Of a stretch of 26,056 bases of DNA, positions 7,749-16,515 are shown one piece after another. The DNA lies in assembly GCA_013003805.1 (NCBI GenBank), contig JABDII010000312.1, positions 1 through 26,056 of the forward strand, in the 5' to 3' direction. A program made the position numbers and the translations under genes. Each line of letters starts with the position of its first letter. The stretch's first letter is position 1. This stretch comes from Gemmatimonadales bacterium. GTDB lineage: Bacteria; Gemmatimonadota; Gemmatimonadetes; Gemmatimonadales; GWC2-71-9. Below the pieces are notes generated by a model. That model saw only the letters and a program-made list of their open reading frames with translations, was not told where the DNA came from and made no database searches.

Positions 7749-9035
7749 CTATCTCGCTTGGGCGATGCGCTCCGCCTCGCGCCAACCGATATCCCGCCGG
7801 TAGTGCTTGCCGTCGAATGTGATCCGCTCTGCTGCTTCGCGAGAAAGTCGCCCCGCCTCATCGACATCCGATGCTACCGCAGTCACGTTGAGCACTCGGC
7901 CACCACTCACGCGCAGAGTCCCCGCCTCGTCGCGTTTGGTGCCGGCGTGGAACACGATCACATCTGGATGGAGATCGTCCGGGATGACAATCTCCGCTCC
8001 CTTCTCAGGTCGCTCGGGATAGCCCCGGGCTGCCAGCACGGTGGTGACCGACGCGGCGTCGGACCGCGCCGGGATGGGAGTCGGTGGCTGGCCACGGGCC
8101 ACGCCGGCGAGGCACTCGGTGAGTCCTCCTCGCAAGAGCGGCAGGACCACCTGGGCCTCCGGGTCACCGAAGCGGCAGTTGAATTCCACTACCCAGGGGT
8201 TTCCGGCCGTATCGATCATGAGGCCGGCGTAAAGTATTCCGGTGAACCGCGCCCCGGCTCGACGCATCTCGAGCAGCGTCGGCGCGAGGATCTCTTCTCG
8301 AACCCGCGCGAGAAGCTCCGGCGTCACGATCGAAACGGGACTGTACGCCCCCATGCCGCCGGTGTTTGGTCCCGTGTCCCCCTCATCCTTTCGCTTGTGA
8401 TCTTGCGACGGGGGAAGCAACACCACGTCTTCGCCATCGGTCACGGCCAGAATCGAAGTCTCTTCGCCTTCGAGGAAACGCTCCACCAACACCTGGCTTC
8501 CGGCGTCGCCGAAGCGCCGGTCGGTCAGGATGGATTGCACCGCGTGCATGGCGTCGGCCCGGGTCTCGCAGACGATGACCCCCTTGCCGGCGGCAAGCCC
8601 GGACGCCTTGACCACGAGGGGTTCCGGATGCGTGCGGATATGTGCGAGGGCAGGGTCAACCGAGGAGAAAGTCCGCGCGTCGGCGGTTGGCACGTCGGCC
8701 CGCCGCATGACCTCCTTCGAAAACGCCTTGGATGCCTCGAGTTGTGCCGCGGCTGCCGCCGGACCGAATACGGCTCTCCCCTCGGCGCGGAGCCGGTCGG
8801 CCAGCCCGCCCGCGAGAGGTGCCTCGGGCCCGATGATGGTCAGGTCGATGTCCGAATGCCCCACCGCCTGCGCCAGACCGGCCAAATCGTCGGCGGCAAT
8901 CGGGAGGTTGGTGCCGATTGATGCGGTACCCGGATTGCCGGGGGCGGAGAAGAATTCGGCCGTTGGATCTTCGCGGCGGAGCGTCCACAGGAGGGCGTGC
9001 TCCCTCCCTCCGCCTCCAACGACCAGAATTCTCAC
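7749..9035 (-). CDS. purD: Phosphoribosylamine--glycine ligase
   Basis: GGGGREHAL, GPEAPL, LEASKAFSK, KASGLAAGKGV, QDHKR, NTGGMGAYSP, EFNCRFGDPE and GGRVL. The GTG start overlaps the upstream TGA. Confidence 0.97.
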   Translation of the reverse strand: MRILVVGGGGREHALLWTLRREDPTAEFFSAPGNPGTASIGTNLPIAADDLAGLAQAVGHSDIDLTIIGPEAPLAGGLADRLRAEGRAVFGPAAAAAQLEASKAFSKEVMRRADVPTADARTFSSVDPALAHIRTHPEPLVVKASGLAAGKGVIVCETRADAMHAVQSILTDRRFGDAGSQVLVERFLEGEETSILAVTDGEDVVLLPPSQDHKRKDEGDTGPNTGGMGAYSPVSIVTPELLARVREEILAPTLLEMRRAGARFTGILYAGLMIDTAGNPWVVEFNCRFGDPEAQVVLPLLRGGLTECLAGVARGQPPTPIPARSDAASVTTVLAARGYPERPEKGAEIVIPDDLHPDVIVFHAGTKRDEAGTLRVSGGRVLNVTAVASDVDEAGRLSREAAERITFDGKHYRRDIGWREAERIAQAR

Positions 9036-10048
9036 TTGTCGTCGCGCGCCTTCCGGAAGGCCTCTCCCACCTTGTCCGCGGCGCGCTTGGCCGCGTCTAC
9101 CACTTGCGACGCCACCTCGCGCGCCTCACCGGCGTAATGGGTCCCGGCCTCGGATATGTCGTCCTTAATCGAGCGCTCCTTGGCCTCGGCTCCGCGCTTG
9201 GTGTACTCCCCGCGCAGGATCCGGTCGTACTCTCCTCCGACAACCCACTGCTGCAGTTCGGCGGCGCGAACCGTATTCATCGGATGGGTCAACGCGAGGG
9301 TATTGAGGATCTTGTACAGAAAATCGAAGCCTTCGTTCGCGGCTCGATATTCGTTGGCTTGTGCCATGAACGCATTCAAGTCCATCTCGCCCTGGCGGAT
9401 TTGTCCACGTGTGCCGCCCGCCATCTTCATGAACAGCCGCTGGGACGCCAAGATGTCCTGGCTTCCGAGAAGTCCGGCGCGGTCGCTGGACAGCTCCGAT
9501 TTCCGGTGCCACTCGAGGATCGCGAGCCGGATGGGCAGGAGCGCAATTCCGGCGAGGATGGGCAGCGCCGAGAAGCTCACTGCCAGGATGATCTCGGCGA
9601 TGGTGCGATACAGCGCGTGACCACTCACCACGTGTCCCATTTCGTGGGCGAGCAACACGAGCAGTTCCTCGTCATCCAGCATCTCGAGCGCGGCGCTGTG
9701 CATGACGATGAACGGATCATCGACGCCGAACGCACCGGCATTGAACACCGGCGTCTGCGACACGTACAGCTCCGGCACCGTGGGCCAGTCGAACGTGGCG
9801 GCGACTTCCACGTGGAGTGCGTGGACTTTGGGGAACTGATTCGTACCGGCCCGGACGGCATTGCCTTGGAACAGCAATCGGATGCCGCGCTCACCGCCCA
9901 ATATTCCGATGATCTTGCGGACTATATCGTCGAATCCAGGGACGGCGCGGAGGGTTTGGAGGGCCGCGCGATCCGCTGGGTGCTCCCAGCTGACGGCCGA
10001 GATCTCGGAGAACGCTTTCCGCGTCCGAAGCGCAGGAGGGTTGGACAT
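9032..10048 (-). CDS. M48 family (Ste24/HtpX-like) zinc metallopeptidase
   Basis: NAGAFG, LAHEMGH (HExxH), ELSSDRAGL (third-ligand Glu), THP motif and one hydrophobic segment. Confidence 0.9.
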   Translation of the reverse strand: MSNPPALRTRKAFSEISAVSWEHPADRAALQTLRAVPGFDDIVRKIIGILGGERGIRLLFQGNAVRAGTNQFPKVHALHVEVAATFDWPTVPELYVSQTPVFNAGAFGVDDPFIVMHSAALEMLDDEELLVLLAHEMGHVVSGHALYRTIAEIILAVSFSALPILAGIALLPIRLAILEWHRKSELSSDRAGLLGSQDILASQRLFMKMAGGTRGQIRQGEMDLNAFMAQANEYRAANEGFDFLYKILNTLALTHPMNTVRAAELQQWVVGGEYDRILRGEYTKRGAEAKERSIKDDISEAGTHYAGEAREVASQVVDAAKRAADKVGEAFRKARDDK

Positions 10049-10070
10049 ATCTGACTCTCGCGTAGGGGAT

Positions 10071-10095
10071 ACCCCGCCCTACGGGGGGGCGGGGT
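10071..10095. repeat. 9-bp perfect inverted repeat ACCCCGCCC-N7-GGGCGGGGT
   Basis: Read directly at 10071-10079 and 10087-10095. It overlaps a second inverted repeat, CGTAGGG (10061-10067) / CCCTACG (10077-10083). Confidence 0.8.
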
Positions 10096-10105
10096 CCGGG
10101 TTTCA
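10080..10105 (-). promoter_or_regulatory. Putative ECF (SigW-type) promoter upstream of the M48 peptidase
   Basis: The minus strand reads TGAAAC-ccggaccccgcccccc(16)-CGTA, 31 nt before the ATG. This is an exact match to the B. subtilis SigW consensus TGAAAC-N16-CGTA. Confidence 0.6.
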
Positions 10106-10124
10106 AAATGAGACGAACAGGCCC

Positions 10125-11306
10125 CTAGGCCGCCTTCTTGGTGGCCGCTAGGGCGTGGTCGAGGTCGTCTATCAGGTCTTGCGGGTCCTCAATACCGCAG
10201 CTCAATCGGAGCAGGCTGTCGGTCAACCCTAGACTCTCCCTGATGGCAAGTGGGACCGATGCGTGGGTCATCGAGGCCGGGTGGCCGATCAGGCTCTCCA
10301 CCCCGCCGAGCGACTCCGCCAGGCTGAAGACTCTGGTGCTCTCCGCGAAGCGCTTGGCGCGCGCCGGGTCGCCCAGGTCGAACGAGATCATCCCGCCGAA
10401 GCCGAACATCTGTCGCTTGGCCAGATCGTGTTGCGGATGCGACGGGAGCCCGGGGTAATACACCTTGGCGATGTCCGGCTGGTGGCTGAGCCACTCCGCA
10501 ATGTGCCGCCCGTTTTGGTCGTGGCGTTCCATTCTCAGCGGCAAGGTCTTGATGCCCCTGAGTGCAAGCCAGCAATCGAGCGGGCCCGGCACCGCGCCCG
10601 CCGCGTTCTGGATAAAGGCAAGCCGCTCGGCGACATCATCACGAGACGTTACCAAGAGTCCGCCCACCATATCGCTATGGCCGTTGAGGTATTTCGTCGT
10701 GCTGTGGAGAACGATATCTGCGCCGTCGGTCAGCGGACGCTGGAAGTAGGGGGACGCGAAGGTGTTGTCGACCACGAAGAGATAGCCCCGGGCTTGCGCC
10801 AGATCGCCGAGCGCGCGCAGATCGGTCAAATGCATCATCGGGTTGGTCGGCGTCTCGCAGAAGATCATTCGCGTCTTCGGTGTGAGGGCGCGCTCTACGT
10901 TCCCGAGGTCTCGCATGTCGACGAACGAAAATGTGAGCCCGAGTTCGGAGTAGATCTGCTCCATGAGGCGGTGGCTTCCGCCGTACACGTTTTGGCCGGA
11001 GACGACGTGGTCGCCCGCCCTCAGGAGCTTGAGGGTCGTGTCCAGGGCCGCGAGCCCTGAGGCGTATGCCAGGCCGTGCACGCCGCCCTCGAGGCTGGCG
11101 ATATTCCGCTCCAACGCCTCGCGGGTCGGGTTCTGCGTGCGGGCATATTCGTAGCCCTTGTGCCGGCCCAAACCCTCCTGGACGTAGGTCGATGTCTGAT
11201 AAATGGGCGGCATAACTGCGCCAGCCAGAGGATCTGGCTCCTGACCTGCATGGACCGCCCGGGTGTCGAAGGCGCGGGCCTGGTCGCTTGGAGAGATTCG
11301 GGTCAT
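10125..11306 (-). CDS. Cystathionine gamma-lyase/gamma-synthase (PLP trans-sulfuration family)
   Basis: YARTQNPTR, YGGSHR, ETPTNP, VDNTFASP, HSTTKYLNGHSD (PLP Lys), AESLGGVESL and RLSCGIED. Real start is ATG 11306, not 11900. Confidence 0.93.
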   Translation of the reverse strand: MTRISPSDQARAFDTRAVHAGQEPDPLAGAVMPPIYQTSTYVQEGLGRHKGYEYARTQNPTREALERNIASLEGGVHGLAYASGLAALDTTLKLLRAGDHVVSGQNVYGGSHRLMEQIYSELGLTFSFVDMRDLGNVERALTPKTRMIFCETPTNPMMHLTDLRALGDLAQARGYLFVVDNTFASPYFQRPLTDGADIVLHSTTKYLNGHSDMVGGLLVTSRDDVAERLAFIQNAAGAVPGPLDCWLALRGIKTLPLRMERHDQNGRHIAEWLSHQPDIAKVYYPGLPSHPQHDLAKRQMFGFGGMISFDLGDPARAKRFAESTRVFSLAESLGGVESLIGHPASMTHASVPLAIRESLGLTDSLLRLSCGIEDPQDLIDDLDHALAATKKAA

Positions 11307-11369
11307 GAGTCCGCCGGATAGCTGTTCCTGGAACGTAATGGGCTGCAAGAGGTTGCGGCAAGATTTCCG

Positions 11370-11398
11370 TTGTTTGGCCCGTCCCGCCCACCTACATT
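11370..11398 (+). promoter_or_regulatory. Candidate sigma-70 promoter for glmM-glmS
   Basis: TTGTTT (11370-11375)-17 nt-TACATT (11393-11398) in the divergent intergenic region, followed by GGAGGGT and the GTG start. Pattern match only. Confidence 0.4.
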
Positions 11399-11429
11399 TC
11401 ACGATTCCCATGGAGGGTCGATCACGAGC

Positions 11430-12797
11430 GTGTCCAATAGCCTGATAGTAAGCGTGTCCGGCATGCGTGGCATCGTGGGCCTGGACCTGACTCCGGAACT
11501 CGTGGCCCGACATGCCGCGGCCCTCGGGGCCTGGGCCCGGGCCGCGGGAAACCCTACGGTAGTCGTGGGCCGGGATGCCCGTACCAGCGGGCCCATGTTC
11601 GTCAGGGCCGCCAGCGCCGGGCTCATGTCTGTCGGGGTCCAGATTCTGGATGTCGGACTCGTTCCCACCCCAACGGTCCAGCTTGCCGTGGAGCATCACC
11701 AGGCTGGCGCCGGTCTCGTCCTGACCGCGAGTCACAATCCGATCGAGTGGAACGCGCTCAAGTTCATCGGGCCAGACGGACTCTTCCTCGACGCCGAGGT
11801 CGGGGCGCGGGTCCGGGAGCTGGCCGACCTGGGGCCTGAGCGAGTGGCGTGGGACCAGGTTGGGGAGGTGGTCGAAGACACCGAGGCCGTAGCCCGCCAC
11901 CTCGATCAGGTCATGGCACTCCCCGTGATCGACGTGCCGGCCATCCAGAGGCGAGGGTTCACCGTGGCACTAGATTGTGTCCGTGGAGCTGGCGGGACAG
12001 CGATGCCAGCGCTGCTGGAGCGGCTCGGTTGCACGGTCGTAGGCATTAATCTGGAGACGGATGGGAAGTTCCCGCGACCGCCAGAGCCGATCCCTGAGCA
12101 CTTGGGCGAGCTGGAGCGATTGGTTCTTAGGTCGAAGGCGGACGTCGGAGTTGCCGTCGATCCGGATGTCGACCGGCTCGCCCTGGTCGACGAGTTGGGC
12201 CGTGCCATTGGTGAGGACTACACGCTCGCGTTTGCGGTGCAAGCTGTCTACGGATCGGCACCGTCTGACATGGAGAATGCTCGGGTGGTCGTCGCCAATC
12301 TCTCCACCAGCCTGGTGGTGGAAGACGCGGCCAAGGGGTCGGGCGCCCGGATGGTCCGAGCCCCAGTGGGGGAGGCAAACGTAGCTCAGGCGATCGTCGA
12401 AGAAGGGGCGGCAATCGGTGGGGAAGGGAACGGCGGAGTGATCCTTCCTTCGCTCCATGTTGGCCGAGATGCCCCTGTGGGAGTGGCCTTGATCTTGCAT
12501 CTGCTTGCGCGACAAGGCTCTACGGTCTCGGCGCTGGTGGCGGCTGGACCCCGCTATCATATCGTGAAATCAAAGCTTGCTCGGGGTCCCAGCTTAGAGC
12601 CTGTGTACCGGCGGTTGATCGATCGTTTTGTCGACGCCACATCCGACCTGCGGGACGGGCTGCGGCTGGCTTGGCCCGATCGCTGGCTTCACCTGAGACC
12701 CTCCGGCACCGAGCCGGTCGTCCGGATTATCGCGGAGGCGCCTTCCCAGGCGGAAGCCGAAGACCTCGTGACGTTGTGTCGCGAGACCCTGCAGTAG
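11430..12797 (+). CDS. glmM: Phosphoglucosamine mutase / phosphohexomutase
   Basis: TASHNP (phospho-Ser), DPDVDR (metal loop), GGEGNGG and RPSGTEP. Adjacent to glmS. GTG start at 11430. Confidence 0.88.
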   Translation: MSNSLIVSVSGMRGIVGLDLTPELVARHAAALGAWARAAGNPTVVVGRDARTSGPMFVRAASAGLMSVGVQILDVGLVPTPTVQLAVEHHQAGAGLVLTASHNPIEWNALKFIGPDGLFLDAEVGARVRELADLGPERVAWDQVGEVVEDTEAVARHLDQVMALPVIDVPAIQRRGFTVALDCVRGAGGTAMPALLERLGCTVVGINLETDGKFPRPPEPIPEHLGELERLVLRSKADVGVAVDPDVDRLALVDELGRAIGEDYTLAFAVQAVYGSAPSDMENARVVVANLSTSLVVEDAAKGSGARMVRAPVGEANVAQAIVEEGAAIGGEGNGGVILPSLHVGRDAPVGVALILHLLARQGSTVSALVAAGPRYHIVKSKLARGPSLEPVYRRLIDRFVDATSDLRDGLRLAWPDRWLHLRPSGTEPVVRIIAEAPSQAEAEDLVTLCRETLQ

Positions 12798-12808
12798 GGA
12801 GTAGGACT

Positions 12809-14635
12809 ATGTGCGGTATCGTTGGCTACATCGGCCCGAGGCAAGCAGGTCACTTGCTGTTGGATGGCCTGCGGCGGCTCGAGTACCGCGGCTATGACTC
12901 GGCTGGGATCGCCCTCCTCAACGGGGGAGGTCTCGAAGTCATCAAGACGTCCGGCAAGTTGTCCAACCTGGAAAAGGCTCTCGTCGGCCGGGTGCCATCC
13001 GGGACACTTGGCATTGCCCACACGCGTTGGGCCACCCACGGGGCCCCTACCGAGATCAACGCCCATCCGCACACCGATCAAGACGGCAATATCGCGGTCA
13101 TCCACAACGGGATCATTGAGAACGCCACCGCCATTCGGACGGCGCTTGTCAATATCGGGCACACCTTCGAGTCCGATACCGACACCGAGGTTTTGGCGCA
13201 TCTGATTGGCGCCCTGTTTCAGGGCGACCTCGAGGAGGCAGTGGCCGCCGCACTCAAGGAAGTCGACGGGGCCTACGGCATCGCGGTGATTTCGGCTCAG
13301 CAACCGGACGTGCTGGTGGCGGCCCGGAAGGGATCGCCCCTCATCGTTGGCGTGGGCACTGATGAGTGGTTCGTTGCGTCCGATGCTTCTCCGCTCCTCG
13401 AGCACACGCGGTCAGTGGTGTACCTCGATGACGGAGAGATGGTGGTCCTGACCCGCGATGGCTATCGCGTGCGCGACCTCCAAGTGACGGAAATCCAAAA
13501 GCCGGTGAGCCAGATCGAATGGGACCTCGCCAAGATCGAGCGGGGTGGCTTCGAGCATTTCATGCTGAAGGAGATCTTCGAGCAGCCGGAGAGCCTCAGA
13601 AACACGCTTCGCGGCCACTTGCTCGATGACGAGGGGACAGCACGACTGCTTGGTCTCAACCTGACGGATGATGAGCTCAAGCGGATCGACCGCATCGTAA
13701 TCACCGCCTGCGGCACCTCGTGGCACTCGAGTCTCATCGGCGAGTACATGATCGAGGAATTGGCTCGCGTGCCGGTCGAGGTCGAATACGCGTCGGAGTT
13801 CCGCTATCGAAACCCTGTGATCGACGAACGGACTCTGGTCATCGGCATCTCCCAGTCGGGCGAAACAGCGGACACGCTCGCGGCCATTCGCGAGGCTAAG
13901 GCGCGCGGAGCCAGAACCCTCGGCCTCGTCAACGTGGTGGGATCCACTATTGCGCGAGAAGTAGAAGGGGGCACCTACCTTCACGCCGGGCCGGAAATCG
14001 GCGTGGCGAGCACCAAGGCATTTACCAGCCAAATTGCAGCCCTCGCGCTATTCACCCTCCGGTTAGCGCGGCTCAAGGACATGAGCATTCTACAAGGCCG
14101 TCAGTTCATTCAGGCACTGCGCGAGCTTCCGGACAAGGTCCAGCAGATCTTGGACCGGGCCCCCGACGTGGAGCGACTGGCCGAGGAGTTCCTCGATTCC
14201 AGTAACGTGCTCTACCTGGGTCGCGGGGTGAACTTCCCAGTGGCGCTGGAGGGGGCGCTCAAGCTCAAGGAAATTTCCTACATCCACGCCGAGGGCTATC
14301 CGGCTGCGGAGATGAAGCATGGACCCATCGCGCTCATCGACGAGAACATGCCGGTCGTGTTCATCGCCCCGAAAGACGGCGTCCACTCGAAGATCGTGTC
14401 GAACATCGAAGAGGTGAAGGCTCGCGGAGGCAAGGTGATCGCGCTGGTCAATGAAGGCGATGCCGAGATTGAACGCTTGGCCGACAAGACCTTCCCGATC
14501 CCCGACACCGTAGACCTCCTGACCCCGATCCTGACCAGCCTGCCACTCCAGCTCTTCGCCTATTACGTGGCGGTCCGGCGCGGGTGCAACGTCGATCAGC
14601 CGCGTAATCTCGCCAAGTCGGTCACGGTCGAGTAA
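12809..14635 (+). CDS. glmS: Glutamine--fructose-6-phosphate aminotransferase (isomerizing)
   Basis: MCGIVGY (catalytic Cys1), HTRWATHG, HNGIIEN, SQSGETADT, EMKHGP and QPRNLAKSVTVE. ATG 12809 follows GGGAGTAGGA. Confidence 0.98.
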   Translation: MCGIVGYIGPRQAGHLLLDGLRRLEYRGYDSAGIALLNGGGLEVIKTSGKLSNLEKALVGRVPSGTLGIAHTRWATHGAPTEINAHPHTDQDGNIAVIHNGIIENATAIRTALVNIGHTFESDTDTEVLAHLIGALFQGDLEEAVAAALKEVDGAYGIAVISAQQPDVLVAARKGSPLIVGVGTDEWFVASDASPLLEHTRSVVYLDDGEMVVLTRDGYRVRDLQVTEIQKPVSQIEWDLAKIERGGFEHFMLKEIFEQPESLRNTLRGHLLDDEGTARLLGLNLTDDELKRIDRIVITACGTSWHSSLIGEYMIEELARVPVEVEYASEFRYRNPVIDERTLVIGISQSGETADTLAAIREAKARGARTLGLVNVVGSTIAREVEGGTYLHAGPEIGVASTKAFTSQIAALALFTLRLARLKDMSILQGRQFIQALRELPDKVQQILDRAPDVERLAEEFLDSSNVLYLGRGVNFPVALEGALKLKEISYIHAEGYPAAEMKHGPIALIDENMPVVFIAPKDGVHSKIVSNIEEVKARGGKVIALVNEGDAEIERLADKTFPIPDTVDLLTPILTSLPLQLFAYYVAVRRGCNVDQPRNLAKSVTVE

Positions 14636-14781
14636 CCCAACCCTCGTACAACCTCGTCACGGGAGTCGAACACCCAGTCCTTCGGCCCCTGATATGACGC
14701 ACCGCATGTCGCACGCGGCCTCGGTATCCCGTGTATCTTCGGGACACTCAGCACTGCTGCCCCTTCTCCCAGTGAATCCTC

Positions 14782-16011
14782 ATGTCCCTTGCGCCCGTCT
14801 CGAAGATTCGCGCTGATTTTCCAGCCCTCGACCGGCGTCACCTTGGCCAGCCAGTCGCATACTTCGATGGCCCCGGCGGCACGCAAGTTCCCCGGGCGGT
14901 CACCTCGGCGATGGCGGACTATCTGCACCACCACAACGCCAACACCCACTGGGGCTATCCGACCAGCACCGAGACGGACACCGCCCTGGCAGAAGCGCGG
15001 ACCACGTTCGGCCATTTCCTGGGCGCTGATCCCGACGAGGTCGTGTTCGGGGCCAACATGACGACGCTGACGCTGCACGCATCGCGGGCCCTCGCCCGAT
15101 CGTTCCCCGTCGGCGCGGAACTCGTGGTGACCGAACTAGATCACCATGCCAACGTCGACCCGTGGCGTGAGTTGACCAAGGACTTCGCCGTCACGGTCCG
15201 GACAGCGAGAATGACATCCGAGACGGGGCAGCTCGATTGGGACGACCTGGAACAGCAGGTGACGTCGCGAACGGCCCTGTTGGCCATTGGGGCCGCCTCG
15301 AACGCCCTCGGCACCATTAGCGATGTGCGGCGCGCCGCCGATCTCGCCCATGGCGTCGGCGCGCTAGTGTACGTGGACGGCGTGCACTATGCACCCCACC
15401 TCCTTCCCGATGTCCACGCCCTCGGCGCCGATTTCTTTGCGTGCTCGCCCTACAAGTTCTACGGCCCTCACTTGGGAGTGCTCTGGGGGCATCGGGCATT
15501 GCTCGATCGCGTCGATGCTCCCCGGCTCCTTCCCGCGGGCCAGGCGGCGCCGGAGCGTTTCGAGACCGGCACGCTCAACCACGAGGGCATCGTGGGCGCG
15601 GCCGCCGCGGTGGAGTGGCTGGCCTCGCTCGGCGGTGCGGCAGGTTCTGAGCGCGAGCGTCTCGCGCGGGTGTTTGCGAAACTCAGCGAGCGCGAGAATG
15701 CGCTCGCGGGGCGGATGTGGCAGGGACTCGAGGCCATCGACGGTGTCACGCTCTATGGCCCGCCCCCAGGCACCCCGCGCACTGCCACAGCGGTGTTCAC
15801 GGTCGCCGGTCGCGGGACGGAAGAGGTTACGCGCCTCCTCGCTGAGCGTGCGGTGTTCACCTCGCACGGTGACTTCTACGCCCAGACGGTGGTCGAGCGG
15901 CTGGGGCTCTCGCCCGATGGGCTCGTGCGAGCCGGCGCTGCCTGCTACACCACCGAGGATGAGGTCGATCGGCTGATCACCGGCGTTCGGGAGATCGTGA
16001 GCCTCCAGTAA
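14782..16011 (+). CDS. Class V PLP enzyme, 'cysteine desulfurase-like' (VC1184-type) lacking the catalytic Cys
   Basis: YFDGPGGTQVP, DHHANV, DGVHYAPH, SPYKFYGPH (PLP Lys) and RFETGT. The SufS RxGHHCA loop is replaced by SHGDFYA. Confidence 0.85.
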   Translation: MSLAPVSKIRADFPALDRRHLGQPVAYFDGPGGTQVPRAVTSAMADYLHHHNANTHWGYPTSTETDTALAEARTTFGHFLGADPDEVVFGANMTTLTLHASRALARSFPVGAELVVTELDHHANVDPWRELTKDFAVTVRTARMTSETGQLDWDDLEQQVTSRTALLAIGAASNALGTISDVRRAADLAHGVGALVYVDGVHYAPHLLPDVHALGADFFACSPYKFYGPHLGVLWGHRALLDRVDAPRLLPAGQAAPERFETGTLNHEGIVGAAAAVEWLASLGGAAGSERERLARVFAKLSERENALAGRMWQGLEAIDGVTLYGPPPGTPRTATAVFTVAGRGTEEVTRLLAERAVFTSHGDFYAQTVVERLGLSPDGLVRAGAACYTTEDEVDRLITGVREIVSLQ

Positions 16012-16071
16012 CACTCACTCCAGCGGACGGGATATCTTGTTCCCGAGTCAGTGCCTGAGATCGGAGTCTCC

Positions 16072-16515
16072 ATGCGCGTCGTACTCCAACGGGTTCGCCA
16101 AGCTTCGGTTGTCGTTGCCGGCCAAGTCACCGGTGCCATCGGCACCGGCTACTGCCTGCTCGTTGGATTCGAGCAGGATGATCGCTCCTCGGAAGTCGAT
16201 TGGATGGCCGACAAAGTGGTCGGACTCCGGCTCTTTGCTGACGACGCCGGGAAAATGAATCGCTCGTTGGACGAAGTCGGTGGAGAGATACTCGTCGTGT
16301 CTCAATTCACGCTGTACGGCGACGTGCAAAAGGGCCGCCGTCCGTCCTTCGTGCACGCCGCCAGACCCGAGGTGGCGGTGCCTCTCTACGAGCGGTTCAT
16401 CGCAGCGCTCAGAGAGAGAGGTGTGGGAGTGGCCACGGGAGAGTTTGGGGCGATGATGGAGGTCGAGATCCACAACGACGGGCCCGTGACCCTCATCCTG
16501 GAGCGTTCGCCATGA
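16072..16515 (+). CDS. dtd: D-aminoacyl-tRNA deacylase
   Basis: [20 protein letters not shown] and NDGPVT motifs. Confidence 0.96.
   Translation: MRVVLQRVRQASVVVAGQVTGAIGTGYCLLVGFEQDDRSSEVDWMADKVVGLRLFADDAGKMNRSLDEVGGEILVVSQFTLYGDVQKGRRPSFVHAARPEVAVPLYERFIAALRERGVGVATGEFGAMMEVEIHNDGPVTLILERSP

Noticed and set aside
7611-8921. 436-aa plus-strand ORF, and similar long antisense ORFs (e.g. 4343-5344, 8918-10054, 22832-23785)
   Set aside because: Shadow frames opposite well-supported genes in GC-rich DNA, with no motifs.
11307-11429. SAM or T-box riboswitch upstream of the trans-sulfuration gene
   Set aside because: No recognisable SAM-I or T-box core. The gap is accounted for by divergent promoter-like elements.
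11307-11900. N-terminal 197-aa extension of the cystathionine lyase ORF
   Set aside because: It overlaps glmM antisense and the promoter region. Family similarity begins at ATG 11306.
12798-12808. glmS ribozyme
   Set aside because: Only 11 nt separate glmM and glmS, leaving no room.
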